Shown piece by piece: positions 39,045 to 51,978 of a DNA stretch of 64,000 nucleotides. Positions within the stretch are counted from its first letter, which is position 1; each line of letters begins with the position of its first letter. The notes beneath the pieces were generated by a model. The model made no database searches. It had not been told where the DNA came from and saw only the letters and a program-made list of their open reading frames with translations. The DNA comes from Polymyxa betae A26-41 (Eukaryota; Protista; Endomyxa: Phytomyxea): assembly GCA_003693705.1 (NCBI GenBank), contig RBZT01000375.1, positions 1 through 64,000 on the forward strand, read 5' to 3'. Made by a program: the position numbers and the translations under genes.

Positions 39045-42000
39045 ATGTTACGAAAGGCTCACACCCGGAACTCACAGAGTATTGGGACCGGGTTTATTAC
39101 TTATGAAGGGCATCTAATTAAGCAAGGCGGTGCCCGAGGTGGCTTCAAAAATTGGAAAAGAAGATGGTTTGCCATCAAGCGCGATTGCCTGTATTATTAT
39201 AAATCGAAGCCATTGGCGACGGCTGGAACTGCAACACCGCCCGAAAACAGCGAATCGGATCAGCAGCTGCTGGGAGTTCTACCTCTGCTTGGTGCAAACA
39301 TTGTTGATGTCGTCAATGATGGGGACCTGCAGATGAACAGTGTCTGCTATGAATGCAAGAGGCCTTTCAGTATGATTCAAAAGAGACATATCTGCTCTAT
39401 ATGTTCGCAGATGTTTTGCAAACAATGTCTAGGCCACAAAGTTGCCATTCCATCAATGGGATTTGAAAAGCCTGTCAAGGCCTGTCGTCAATGCTACAAC
39501 GCGGTCGTACACGACCAGCAAGTTTTGTAGGCCTCGTCTTTAAATTTAAACCTGTCTGCTTAAATGTGATGCAGAGAGCAATCTGACAGCCCTGACAAAG
39601 CTCTGAGATCGCGAGTGACGGCCGAAGCTGGAGATCGGGCTCACGTATTTTTAATTCAGACGCCAGATAGAGAGCTACTGGTGCAAGCGGAGAGCGCCGA
39701 ACAGAAGGCGGAATGGATTGCTGCATTGCAGGCAGCTATTGGAAAACGACGTTCGAATCATCTATCAGACCCGCTGGGACTTGGATTAAAACCCGCTAAA
39801 GAGCACTGGGAAATCGACTATTCACAGTTGACGTTTGTGGCGAAGATCGGAGACGGTGCGTTCGGTGAAGTTTTCAAAGGCCGCCTTTGGGGATCGGATG
39901 TCGCCATCAAAAAGCTCAAGGATTCCGAAGTCAATGTTCGATATTTTTATTGACGCTTCTTACTTGTCGTTGAGTTTCTTGTTTAGGAGAAAGTCCTGGC
40001 CGATCTGAAGAAGGAGGTGGCAATTTTATCGCAGCTGCGTCACCCGAATATCGTGCTCTATATTGGGGCCTGTACACAGCCACCCAATATCTGCATCGTG
40101 ACGGAATGGTGCGATCGTGGCTCGCTCTATGATATTATCTATAAGCAGAAGATGATCATTGATACCAGACGTGCCATCAATATAGCAATCGGAGTGGCAC
40201 AGGGTATGTCTTACCTGCACAGCTTAGACGGGAACATCATACATCGCGATCTGAAAAGCCACAAGTCGGTCGCCGTTTGCTGCGATCAAATTATGTTCTA
40301 ACTGTCGCAGCGTTCTTTTGGATTCCAGCTTCACTGTTAAAATCGCCGATTTCGGCTTGAGCCACATGCGCGAGCTAAACGCTTCGACACACGATTACGC
40401 CGACGGCGGCGACAACGGTGCAGGCAAGTTCGGCATTTTCGGGACACCGGAATGGATGGCGCCGGAAGGTGATATTAACAGGTTAACGAGGGCACGGTTT
40501 TGATTGGTAGCAGTGATGGAGGGATCCGCCTATACCAACAAAATCGACGTCTATTCTTTCGGAGTCGTCTTGACCGAAATCTTTAATCGACAAGTCCCAC
40601 TTCGTGATCAGTACAAGATTTCGACCTATGTCGATGTGTTCGAGGCAGTACTGGACGACGGTGCTCGTCCGACCATTCCAGGTCTTTGTTCCAGCAGCAC
40701 GTTAATGCACGTTACTTATACGACATGCAGAATGGGTTGGATCGACGTTGCAGACTCTGATTCAGGACTGTTTGAATGTCATTCCGGCTAAACGTCCCAC
40801 CTTCATGGATCTGATCGCGCGTCTGACCCAGGCCTTTCACATGTCTCCCAAAATGATTGTGAAGCAGTACGATGTGAAACGGCTAATTTTCATGCTGGAC
40901 AATGCCCGTCCTTATATGCAGGTTTGTTTACTGCAGTTCCTTGCAACTGAATCAGCATAGCAGTCAAACTTTTTATTTCCGCTGCAATCATAATTAGAAA
41001 TTAGTTTGGCGTCAAGAAACTTTCTCAGATGGCTGATTATAACCACAGGAATTAGCAGCTCGCGAACTGGCTTTGATGAAGCCCTGTGGCGATTTATGCT
41101 CCAACTGCGGGCATTGCTTGACAACAGTGGCAATGTTCGAGCACGATACGATCATGTTGTTCGTGGAAAAACTGGTAGAAGCTCGGTGCTTCGTTAATGT
41201 CTGAACTTAACGTGAATTTCAGTCAATTCTATTCAATGCCGGTTCGGTAAAGGTCAAAACGCAATCGTGTGCTGCACTGGTCTCGTTGCTCTCATCGGCA
41301 CCTGACAAATACCGCTCTACATACAGCGACATTGTTTTGAAGGTTAACAACAAGCAAAGGTTTTGGGCATTTCTAATGGAATTGCAGGAAGTCGGTTTGG
41401 GAACCTTGATGCAGTACTGTGCGGCTCTGGAAGAAGAGATTCGGACGACCACCGTCGCCCTTGTTAAACAGATTACTCCAGATCTGTTGCGACCTCATAA
41501 TGACAGCACTCGAGAACTAGACCGACAATCAGCCGAGATCCTTGAAAAACTTGTCGCCGAAGAAATTGCCCAGTACGACCGTAGTAATCGTCTGCTTGAA
41601 TTTTAAATCTGATTTCGTAGATTGAGCGAGAAACTCGGCCACGTTCAGGAGCTCGTTCAATCGAAGATGCATTTCATGTCGAAGTTGAAGCAATCGCACT
41701 TCACTGAGGAAAGACCAGCACCGGTTCATCGACGTAATTCAGAGTTTGTTTGAGTGCCAAAGACAAACATAACTAGTGGTTTCAGATACGCCTTCGTGGC
41801 ATGCAGCCAATTTTGATGTGGTAGCGGAGCCGATCGAAGAGATGGTGGTTGCTGGCATGGTCATTAATAAGACGTTCCCGGCGCCCGAAATTGAAGCGCT
41901 TCCAGCCCCAGTACAGCTTTCTGACATTTTCTTGACAGCGTTCCAGCTGAATCGCTCCGAAATCGTCGATTGTGATCATGGTCTGGTATTCGATCCTGTC

Positions 42001-44040
42001 ACGTCACAATGGATGGCCTGCCTGCTGATCTTACTGCCTCGGGAGTTCCACGTTTTCGAGCAAGGCGCCGGCCAGGTTCGTCGTCAGGATTATTTTCAGA
42101 CGGCATTCTTAAAATTACCAGTCGGCTGATGATGCATGCTTGGCAATGGTGAGAGTAGCCCCAAACGCCCCGACTCAGGTCGTACTTGGACGGAAAGGCG
42201 CCAAACCGCATTGTGTAAGATTGACATGCTGGATTTGCTTTTCTGATAATGCTTTTTGAAATTCTTCTTCCAAATTTTTTGTATTAATTACTTGTTGTGA
42301 TGTATCATGATGCAGATCCACATCATTGATGACCATGATTCGATGGTGATATGCACGAGGACGGCGACGCGGTGTCGAAACTGGGCCGGGATTCTTTGCC
42401 CAGAGAAATTCCCGACCGTTCAGGAACAAACACGTACACTGTCTGCTTTAGCCTTTTGCAAATTCACTGAACAGATTGCCTTAGCACAACAGCGACTGTC
42501 GACACGAGAACTGCTGGATATGCTATCTGAGAACGTTATCGAATCGCGGGTACCAGCGACTAATTCTAGTGGATGGGTCAGCGTGATCTTGCAATTATCA
42601 TTTGAGCTGATCTTCTTGTAGCTGCTGGCCCGTGATGCTGACACCGATATCTGGTACCCAACATATGGACATTTTCCTGCTGCTAAACCGAATGTAATGA
42701 CGCTATACGAAACTTCAAATATGAACAACATCATCTTGTCGATCAAGGTTGAATCAGTGCGACATAATTGTAAGCATGAATTGGCAATTACCGCTGGAGT
42801 CTGAATTTCGTACAGACGAAAGCCAAACACCGAAATCAACGCCGATGCAAGAATCGGAAGAATGGCTGTCGAGAGCATTCGAGGTTTCAGGGATGTATGT
42901 GAAGCATCTCGATTACAGAGGTTACGAAATCGTTGATCCATATAGTTACAAATCCAAAAATTTTTAACTAGATGAAGAGCGGTCACTGAAGCCGATTGCG
43001 ATCGAGTTTTGTGCAGTCTCGATTAGCGATCGTCATGGCTGGGTATCCTATTGCTCTCGAGTTTGCAATCGGCTACCGGATATCCTATCTGAAGAGCATG
43101 ACGAATTCGGCGGGCTTGATACGCTGCCCCAAGATATCAAGCAGCAGCTAATGAAAAACAACGACTCGAATAAGACGTCGGCGTCGGCGACTGGTACGCG
43201 TTGCCATTCTTGAAATCGCTGCTTATTGAGTTGTGGGCAGGCAGGGCAGCGACTCCAGAGACGGCTATCTCCAAAACGGATGCTTCGTCGGGATCGTTCT
43301 GGGAAGATGATATCACTGTCACAGAAGTGACGAGCGAATCTAAGCTGACAGCCCAATCTGAATTTATTAAACAGTTCGGACAGGCATTTAAACATGGGTA
43401 ACATTACAGAAGTTGCAAGTTTGCATCTTTTTGGATGTGCTTTGTTGGAATTGGTTCTTATCTCACTTGCAAACATTTTCGAATGCCACAGCCTCACTTT
43501 GTGTGCTTGGAACTGTACGCTTTTAGATTATATCGTTCCTGTTGCCTTGTTGAGACTGATTGCAACCAGAGATGCAACAATCGCAGTAATATTTCACTTA
43601 TTATTGTATTGTTTAGGTATTTGCTGAAGCGAGGAGGGTTTCGAAAGAACTGGAAGCTTCGATATTTTTATCTTGTTGGTAATCAGCTCAGGTATTTTCC
43701 AAGCCATAATGTAAGCCCGGTGCATTTCCCGCGATTTCGAAATCACTAAATATCATACAGAATTCGCCATCGGAATGTTTGGGTATCATTTATACAGCAA
43801 CGGGATCAGGTTAGAGAAAACGTGTACAATGCCGCCCCTGATTCTTAAGCTCTGCGTATAGGAAAACGATTCAGCGTTTATCAAGATACGAGTACGACGA
43901 ATCGGTATAGGTTCTGTATTGAAAACCCGGGTAGAATTTGGTACTTGGAAGCACATAACGACGCACAAATGCAGGAATGGATGGCGGCCATCGATAATGC
44001 CATCTCGACAACTGACTCGGACAATAAGCTCGTCGAATAA
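39045..44040 (+). CDS. Raf-like TKL protein kinase with N-terminal PH domain split by a FYVE finger and a C-terminal PH domain
   Basis: EGHLIKQGG...NWKRRWF, an 8-Cys FYVE-type finger, PH C-terminal helix AESAEQKAEWIAAL. Kinase motifs IGDGAFGEV, VAIK, HRDLKSHN, DFGLS, GTPEWMAPE. Terminal PH: GYLLKRGGFRKNWKLRYF...EWMAAIDNAI. Confidence 0.87.
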
Positions 44041-44205
44041 AACTTTGAAAACTCTAACGTTATCGATTGGTCGTCTTCAATGCAGCCACCGTTAATGGCG
44101 TTTTAGCGGATCGGATAAGATCATCGAGACGACAGTATCATCTGATGGGTAATAATTCTAGTTGAACAATCAAGAGATACATCCAAAGTGCAAAAGTTTA
44201 AATAT

Positions 44206-44907
44206 TTATATAATGCTCCATTTCTTTTCAAATGCGCCCAGAACGCGGCTGATAGCGGTTGAGGCTGACAAGGGATATTTCGAGACAGAAATCTCAGTAT
44301 CAGTCCAGTCAACTTCACATTTGCCATGAGCGTGTGATCCAAACATGAACACGATGGGCTTATCAGGTTGCTGCATAACCCAATTGTCGATCTGAACGAC
44401 TTCAGCCGTCACCGACGTGCCAACTTTGATTGCCCCGATTGGTAGATAATTGGTGACAGGATTCTTGACGATTTTCATCAACTTTTCCCGGCCATCTACC
44501 GCCCTGATACTCAGCTTGTGAAGCAGTTGGACCATCAAACCGCAGAAACGCTTGAACGTTCGAGGAATACGAATTTCTGGGTTCACTTCGATCAAAATGT
44601 TCTGAATAAAAGCAATCAGCAGAGATGAAATCACCTCAAAGCAGAGTCTCACATTTCTGGTGTGCATATAGATTTGCAGATGCCCGGATTTGTTCAAAGG
44701 ACTGTCTAACAATGTCATTAGGACCTGATGGACAATATCCGCTCGATATTCAGAAGGATCTTTCTTATGCTTCAGTAACAAGAACTTGTGCTCGTCAGCA
44801 TGAAGTAACTCAAATCCTTTCTTGGTCTTAACAGTTTCCAGCGAACATTTCTCCAACACGACAACGACTTTGCGTTGCGATTTCAATTCGTCGGCTTCAT
44901 CCGCCAT
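44206..44907 (-). CDS. EMG1: rRNA small-subunit pseudouridine methyltransferase Nep1/EMG1
   Basis: YRADIVHQVLMTLLDSPLNK, RIPRTFKRFCGLMVQLLHKLSIRA and ISVSKYPLSAS. One in-frame 51-nt intron (VRLC...FIQ). Confidence 0.95.
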   Translation of the reverse strand: MADEADELKSQRKVVVVLEKCSLETVKTKKGFELLHADEHKFLLLKHKKDPSEYRADIVHQVLMTLLDSPLNKSGHLQIYMHTRNVRLCFEVISSLLIAFIQNILIEVNPEIRIPRTFKRFCGLMVQLLHKLSIRAVDGREKLMKIVKNPVTNYLPIGAIKVGTSVTAEVVQIDNWVMQQPDKPIVFMFGSHAHGKCEVDWTDTEISVSKYPLSASTAISRVLGAFEKKWSII

Positions 44908-45571
44908 ATTGGATTCAGAAAATTGAAGAAGTCAACGACCTTACTCACGCAGTCCGCACCGCCAATTTTCACAAAATTTCTCGAAAGTTTTAGCAAGATT
45001 CTTGTATGATTATGATTGATCTTGGATCAAGATGTTGTAGTGTCATGAATTCGTTCCAGTTTGAGCCGAAACAATGAGCAATCTGTTGCTCGCTGATTAC
45101 TGTATACCATTTGAAAACGGGTATCATTGCTATTCACTGCAAAAGAAAGTGATTTGTCACGGCATGACGTTTGAGAGACGAAACAGTTGAGCGTTTTCTC
45201 AATTCGTCGTGACATTGCTGCTGCATATGCTCGAATATATGTTCTTTTGAGGTGATCAAATTCAGCATCAAATCCCAGCTGTAACTGATTAAAGCAACTT
45301 TCAGCTTCACACAGCTCAAGCCCTCTTGGTTTTCTGAGTTCGCTTTTTGGATGCCAATTAGATGCTGTGTCTATAGGAGAATGCTGTTTTGAAGGAGATG
45401 ACTTGATCAACTATTTGTTGCATGCATCTTGTTAAGGACAAGTTATGCAGGTCAGCTCCGATGAATAGTTAACCTCCGATCTTCTAATCACCAATGCAGA
45501 TTGGTCTGTATTCTATCAATATATTCATACTGTTGATACAATTTCAATCCTGTCAATATTGCTTGTATACA

Positions 45572-46254
45572 ATGCAGGGACAATATCCATCTATACGATT
45601 AGTTCATTTTAATCGAGTGGATCGGGCTGAGCCCATTCGTCTCGCCTTAACCATTGCTAACGTTCCCTTTGAAGATGTTCGAATCTCAGATGAAGACTGG
45701 CGTTCTATGAAACAAGAGACACCATTCGGTTTATTACCTGTTATGGATATTAATGGTGAGAGATACGCCCAGGCTAATGCACTGCTTCGATATGTTGGTA
45801 GACTTGGTGGTTTAATGCCTCAAGATACTTTACTTGTCTTGCAAATTGATCAGATTATCGGAGCCTGCGATGATCTAATTTATGCTATCAAACCAACCTT
45901 ACACATTGGTGATCATCAATTGAAACAACAACAACGATCATCATTAGCTGCTGATAAAATCCCCTTCGTGTTTAAATCCCTTGAAGATGCTGTCGGCAAA
46001 GAATCGCCTCATTTTGCTGTTGGCAAAGAACTGACCGTTGCCGATCTTGTTCTATATAATCTTATTCATTGGTTTAAAACTGGTATATCAGATTCGAAGA
46101 TAATGAAAGTCAAGGTTTCTGAATATATGAAATAGGTAAACTTGAAGGCATACCAACGGATATCGCTCAAGGCTGTGACAAGCTTTGCAGGATCTACGAA
46201 ACCGTTGCAAAGAACGATCGTGTTATGCAATGGTATGGACAGCACATGCGCTGA
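45572..46254 (+). CDS. Glutathione S-transferase (sigma-like)
   Basis: RAEPIRLAL...VPFEDVRI, TPFGLLPVM, QANALLRYVG and VGKELTVADL. One intron near the 3' end. Confidence 0.9.
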
Positions 46255-46294
46255 GTTTGGTTCAATAAACGACCAGATTCCGGTTTCGATTGTG

Positions 46295-46316
46295 TAGGGT
46301 TTTAGGGTTTAGGGTT
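46295..46316 (+). repeat. Interstitial telomere-like repeat (T2-4AGGG) upstream of the nucleoporin gene
   Basis: Sequence reads tagggttttagggtttagggtt. Confidence 0.55.
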
Positions 46317-46572
46317 ATCACAATATCTCATAACAAGTGGCGGAATTTTCGTCCCGGGTTTTCTCTTCGTTGTTTAAACATCATCTCTGCAATATAGCCT
46401 TCAAGGTCATTAGTCCCTTGTAGAGCCAGCGGTGTTGGGACAAGCGACTATCTCTTCATCTATTCTCGCTTGGCGTCCTGCATAATTAGCTGGTTGTGTC
46501 ACTCGAAACATAGCGAGTGAGATTACCACCATTCATATTAGACCAAGCCCTGTTAATTGAAATATCAAGTCA

Positions 46573-49500
46573 ATGTCATTTGGAGGATTTGGAACGAATC
46601 CGACCACGTCCTGTACTGATCTCATATTTCGGTTTCATCAGATTTTAACATTTTATTAGCTTTTGGTACGTCGACATTCGGCCAACCTGCCCAACAGACC
46701 AGTGTATTTGGTGCTTCAACACCAACCAGCACGTTTGGATCTCAGCCGGCTGCTCCATCGACCACATCAGCATGGCCATCGTTTGGTAATACGGCCACAA
46801 CTGGATTTGGGGCATCTCCAGCCCCGAATACCAATGTTAAAGCTGGGACCCAACATACCCCATATACAACCACTACTGAAGCTACTGGTAAAGGACGACT
46901 TATCGCTATCACAGCCATGCCTGCTTACAAAGACAAATCTTTCGAAGAACTTCGCTATGAAGATTATTGCAGTCTAAAGGGTCAGACGCCGGTCCCTACG
47001 ATGCAGCCATCGTCGGCCGCTGCTGGGTTCGGGGCCAGTACGCCGTTCGGGTCGTCCTCGGCCTCGACCGGGTTTGGAGCGACGCCCAATACGACCCCAG
47101 CCGGCGGGTTTGGGGCCAGTTCGTCAACGACGACCCCGGGAACTTCGTCATGGGGAACGTCTTCAGGATTCGGTGGCTCAACAACATCAACGTTCGGATC
47201 TGGACTTGCGAGTAACACGACATCGACGTTCGGTCAACCAGCCTCGTCGCCGTTTGGTGCGTCGACGACAACGACGACGCCTTCGTTCGGGTTTGGCTCT
47301 TCACAACCATCAACTTCTGGATTCGGAACGTCGGCATCGACAACTACCGGGTTTGGTTCAGCAGCACCTTCTACAACTGGATTTGGGACGACGCCATCAA
47401 CCGGATTTGGAGCATCTTCGACAACATCTGGCTTTGGTTCAACAACAGCTCCAAATACAGGATTTGGGACATCAACGTTTGGTTCGACACCTGCTGCAAC
47501 TACCGGATTTGGAACCTCAACATTTGGTCAACCTTCAACAGCGCCGTCAACATTTGGCACTTCAACATTCGGTAATACTCCAGCACCATCAACACCAGCA
47601 TTTGGACAATCAACAACTCCATCTACTGGTCTATTCGGTACGACACAAACACCACCTTCAACTGGTGGATTTTTTGGATCAACCACAACACCATCAACTA
47701 ATGGTTCGCTATTTGGTAACACACAACCTACTACAGGTACTACAACCGGAGGGCTGTTCGGACAGCCAGCGGTCAGTACGACGACCGGTGGGCTGTTCGG
47801 GCAGCCGTCAACAACCGCACAGCCTTTCGGATCCGCCACGACCACACCAGCTCCATCTAATAGTTTATTCGGCACAACAACTACAACGCCGTCTACGGGA
47901 GGTGATACCCGCCCCTGCTAATGCTTCAATGGCATGATTTTGATTGGGTTTTAGGGTTATTTGGGTCGACAGCAACGGCCCAGCCAAGTGGTGGCCTGTT
48001 CGGTCAGCAGAATAAACCAGCTGCAAGTTCACCTTTTTCATTCGGTTCTGCAACGACAGCAGCTCCATCAACAACGACTGCATTTGGATCAACTAGTGGT
48101 GGTTTATTTGGTTCACAACCAACATCAACCACAGCACCATCATCTTCAACAACGTCTCTATTTGGTACAACACAACAGCCTACCACTACATCACCTTCAA
48201 CCAATTTCGGATTTGGTGCAGCCCCATCAACCCAACCCTCAACAAGCTTGTTTGGAGGTATTATTCAATACTGTTAGTATTGTAGTTGATTCCGATCCGC
48301 TTTAGGTACATCTACAACAACACCTGCTGCCGCTCCCTCATCATTTTCTTTCGGGGCGACGCCTTCTACAACATCGGCCACTCAGCCCTCTTTATTTGGA
48401 ACTGGGCAGCAATCATCTTTATTCGGAGCTGGATCGACTGCAGCTAAACCTGCAACCACATCATTATTTGGAACTCCTTCAACTACAACACCATCATCAA
48501 CTTTCCAGTTTGGTTCGGCACAGCCAACATCAACATTGCCTTCAACACAACCATCCCTTACAGGTTTATACCGATTCACAACATTGTTATCTTCTAATTG
48601 TTTTATAAGGAGGATTATTTGGAGGTTTTGGGACACCAAGTACCAGTACACAGTTAACTGTAACCACTCCTCAAACACAGCTACAACAACGTAAGCTATT
48701 CAGCTCGTAATCCTTCAATCAGCGATTAACGCTCGCTTTAGTTCAGACGCAGCTCAAGCCACCGCCTTCTATTGATTCGAATCCGTTCGGTCTTAAAGAG
48801 CTTCCAGAAAAACGGCCCGATTCCACAAATTTAACTTTCCAATCTTCTACACCTGCGGCAACGCCTAAAACAGGCAATGATCACTCTTTTATTTTGTTTC
48901 GTTGATCTAATTCTCTTATAGCCTTACAACATCCTGGGTTTACAAGTACAAAACCAACACCGCAATCGGTTGCCCGATTAAGAACACGAGTCCGACATGC
49001 TGGCCCAATGACCCCCACAGCATCTCTTTCCCCATTTGATGACAAGATTTTCTCAATTTCAACGTTGACTTCCGCATCCAAGGTGAGCGCATGATTTTTC
49101 GTTTGCTGTTCCAGTTGCTTACAATTTTCTAGTCTGTAATTCCGAAAGTGTTCCGTCCTCAAATGCCACCCAAAGTTCAGCTTGATGAACGACCAGCAAC
49201 TCCTGTTCAATCGCCGCCTATTGTTAATGGAACTCGTTCTGCTCTAAATCATACTGCCAACTCATCCCATGTGGAAGATGGTCGCAGAAGGTAAAGTCGC
49301 CTATCGCCCGCTGTGGGTACTTTATAAAATGTATTCGTAGTTTGAACTCGGTGTTGGAAAGTCCCGTTCCTAGCTCACCGGCCACATTAAATTCAAGGGC
49401 ATTACTCACGAATTGTCGTTCTCTAGCAGATCGTGGATATCGTTTCACACCTTCGTTGCAAGCTCTCGAGTCAATGTCAGAAAATCAGCTTCGCTGCGTA

Positions 49501-49890
49501 ACTTTGCAGATTATGAAGGATGGATGCGGGTTTGCTCGTTGGACTGATTTTGATCTATTGACGTGGGCCAATCACGGTGCGAAATCCTACCTTTGTCAAC
49601 CTCTTTATATTGAACTGGGTGAAATAGACTTAACCGAACTGATCTCGATCACTGAAAAGACTGTCAAGTTGAAGGGTCCTGCTAAACGTGGCAATGTTAT
49701 TTGTGGCATCAAAGCCAAAACCGAGGTTCAGAATTCCAAAGGCTACGAAGAAAAAGTTCGACAGTTTATGGCTGCGAAAGGATTCGAGCTGCTGGGTCTT
49801 GAAGATGGTTATTACAGCTTCAAATGCAATTTTGGCGAAAGTCTGAGCGCTGCAACAACACCTTCAGTTCCGCCTTTCAAGATTCGTTAA
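46573..49890 (+). CDS. NUP98: Nup98-family FG/GLFG nucleoporin (no Nup96 moiety)
   Basis: FG/GLFG repeats, GLEBS motif ITAMPAYKDKSFEELRYEDY, and a degenerate C-terminal Nup98 domain (GYRFTPSLQALESMSENQLRCV). Confidence 0.88.
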
Positions 49891-49991
49891 CCTATATCAT
49901 GCAAAGTGTTTATTATAAAGAAAAAGCAAAATTATATCTGTGAGTGGAATTAATTTTAAAAAACATATTACAGTTTATTGTGAATATAAAT

Positions 49992-50508
49992 CTAATGGAT
50001 GGTCTCCTTTACAGAATCAAAAGTTTCAACAGTTGCCTCTGTCCTTCGAGGCTCCTCTTCAAATAGCGCCTTATATCTTTCAGGATGACGATTCATGCAA
50101 TCTGACACGAATTTCTGTAAGCTGACACTTGCATAAAGAAAAAATAAAAGCTGTACCAGAATACGACATCATCAAAGCGCGACATATTTCCATATCCTTG
50201 TTCTGTTTCTCACACAACCTGAAGCATTTATAAGCTGGGGCGAACTGCTGTCCACAGGGTCCGGTTAATTCGGAACGAAAACATCTAAGAAATCAATCAA
50301 CAAATGCTTTCAATCTGCTGTGTGTTTTCCAACGGGGGACAGCGTTCATCGGCAGCTAACTCATCAAGTGTTTTGCTATCCCAATCAAGTTCCAGGGATT
50401 CTATCAGATATTAATGGAACGCTTATGCACTGAAACCACCTGACCAACGTATTGCTTTTGAATTTCGTCGTCGGATGTCAGCGTATTTCGCCCGTCATCC
50501 TTCGACAT
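49992..50508 (-). CDS. Mia40/CHCHD4- or GCK-domain-like twin-CX9C mitochondrial IMS protein
   Basis: Four-exon model: ...CPPCFRSELTGPCGQQFAPAYKCF...CRALMMSYSDCMNRHPERY. Absent from the ORF track because the exons are short. Confidence 0.78.
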
Positions 50509-50675
50509 TATTCGTCCTACTGGTTTTTGCTGAACCTGAAAGCAGTAACAAAACAATTGCGCACACTGAATTTTTTTGCTTTTTCAACAAACCCTACACA
50601 AGGTCTAGCGAACGACAGGAATTAGGAAAAAGCACAGATAAGATTTAGATTGAGAGAATAACAGTTTAATTGAAC

Positions 50676-51513
50676 TTAGTTCATGGTACGAATCATCTCG
50701 TTAATCTTCTCCTCACGGTTACCGGCCTCACCACCTTCGTTGAAGTGAAGACGCTTCTTGGACATACCGCCCAATGGCGACGATAGCTTGAAGGGCCAGA
50801 GGAAGTTGGCGACCTCCTTGAACTGAGGACCACAAGTGTACAACTCATGGATAATATCTTCGACACAGATAATACCATATCGGCCCAGGGCTTGCTCAAC
50901 CAACTTGTTGTTGGTCAAAGGAATACGCTGCTTGTTAATCTTGCCGAAACCACGCTTGTAGACAAGTTCGCGAACCGATTTCAAGTTCGGGTATCCATAG
51001 GTGATGTAAGGCTCAACCATACGAAGCATGTTGATGGTAGCCTTGTTCAACTTGATGAAGACACCATTGAAGATCTGCTTCAGACGCAGAAGCTGTAAGA
51101 TCTTACGAACCTTGGGGGAAGTTCGGTTGATACCACGGATACGAACAACGAATGCAATCTAATGGAAACTAAGCAGATGTTTCTCATGATCAGCTCCTAA
51201 ATCTAAATACCTTGGCTTCAGGCGGGACGTAGAAGTTACCAGCAGCCTTAGCCTGACGACGGAGATGGATCTCGCTGCGTTCCAGCTGTCTGTACTCCTT
51301 AACGTAGGCTTCAGCACGCTTGAAGATGACCTTGCGCTTAGCTTTCAACGTCTTCTTGTAGGTGGAGATACGTTCGAGACGCTTAGAGTTGATCTCTTCA
51401 AGAGTCTTACGCTTCTTCAGCACCGATTCGGGCACCGGAACCCTATTTAACGTCAAATTTCGGCCTCAACAAGGCTAGCGAGAGAGCTAAACGTACATGC
51501 TTTCGGCAGCCAT
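50676..51513 (-). CDS. RPL7: 60S ribosomal protein L7 (uL30)
   Basis: [45 protein letters not shown] and GNREEKIN. Confidence 0.97.
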
Positions 51514-51978
51514 TGGGGGGTATCGGCGTCTGGTGGATATGAAGGACCAGATGGAGATTTGTCACCGCTACGGACTTGACGGACTGCGTGAATTTTCCAT
51601 TCTCTTTACAATCTATATGATTAAAGCCCCTAATAATATCTCAGTTTTTGTCTTTATTTTCACTAAAATGCAAGGTCGCTGTTTAAATGTACTTTTATGT
51701 ATGAGCATTCATTTGATAGCATATTTTTTATTGTTTGGTTTCCATTAATATTCTAGCTTCTCAACTCGGTTGCTGTTCAAAAGATATTCTTATTTCATCA
51801 CAAGAATAACCATCGCATTTGAGGATGTATTGCTTATGTAGCGATATCAGTGGTTATAATAACCGTTTAATCTTCATTATGGTAGGGTTGCCTCCCCATA
51901 GAATTCTGTATTGTAGCAAAGGTGCTAAGCCTACATGTTGCGAATACATTTAACTCGATACGATGAAATGGATAAAAT

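Noticed and set aside
45027-45410. 127-aa minus-strand ORF
   Set aside because: Non-ATG start and no recognisable motif; it may be real but is unsupported.
46967-48678. Multiple long overlapping ORFs (e.g. 47074-47937)
   Set aside because: These are shadow frames of the low-complexity FG-repeat coding sequence.
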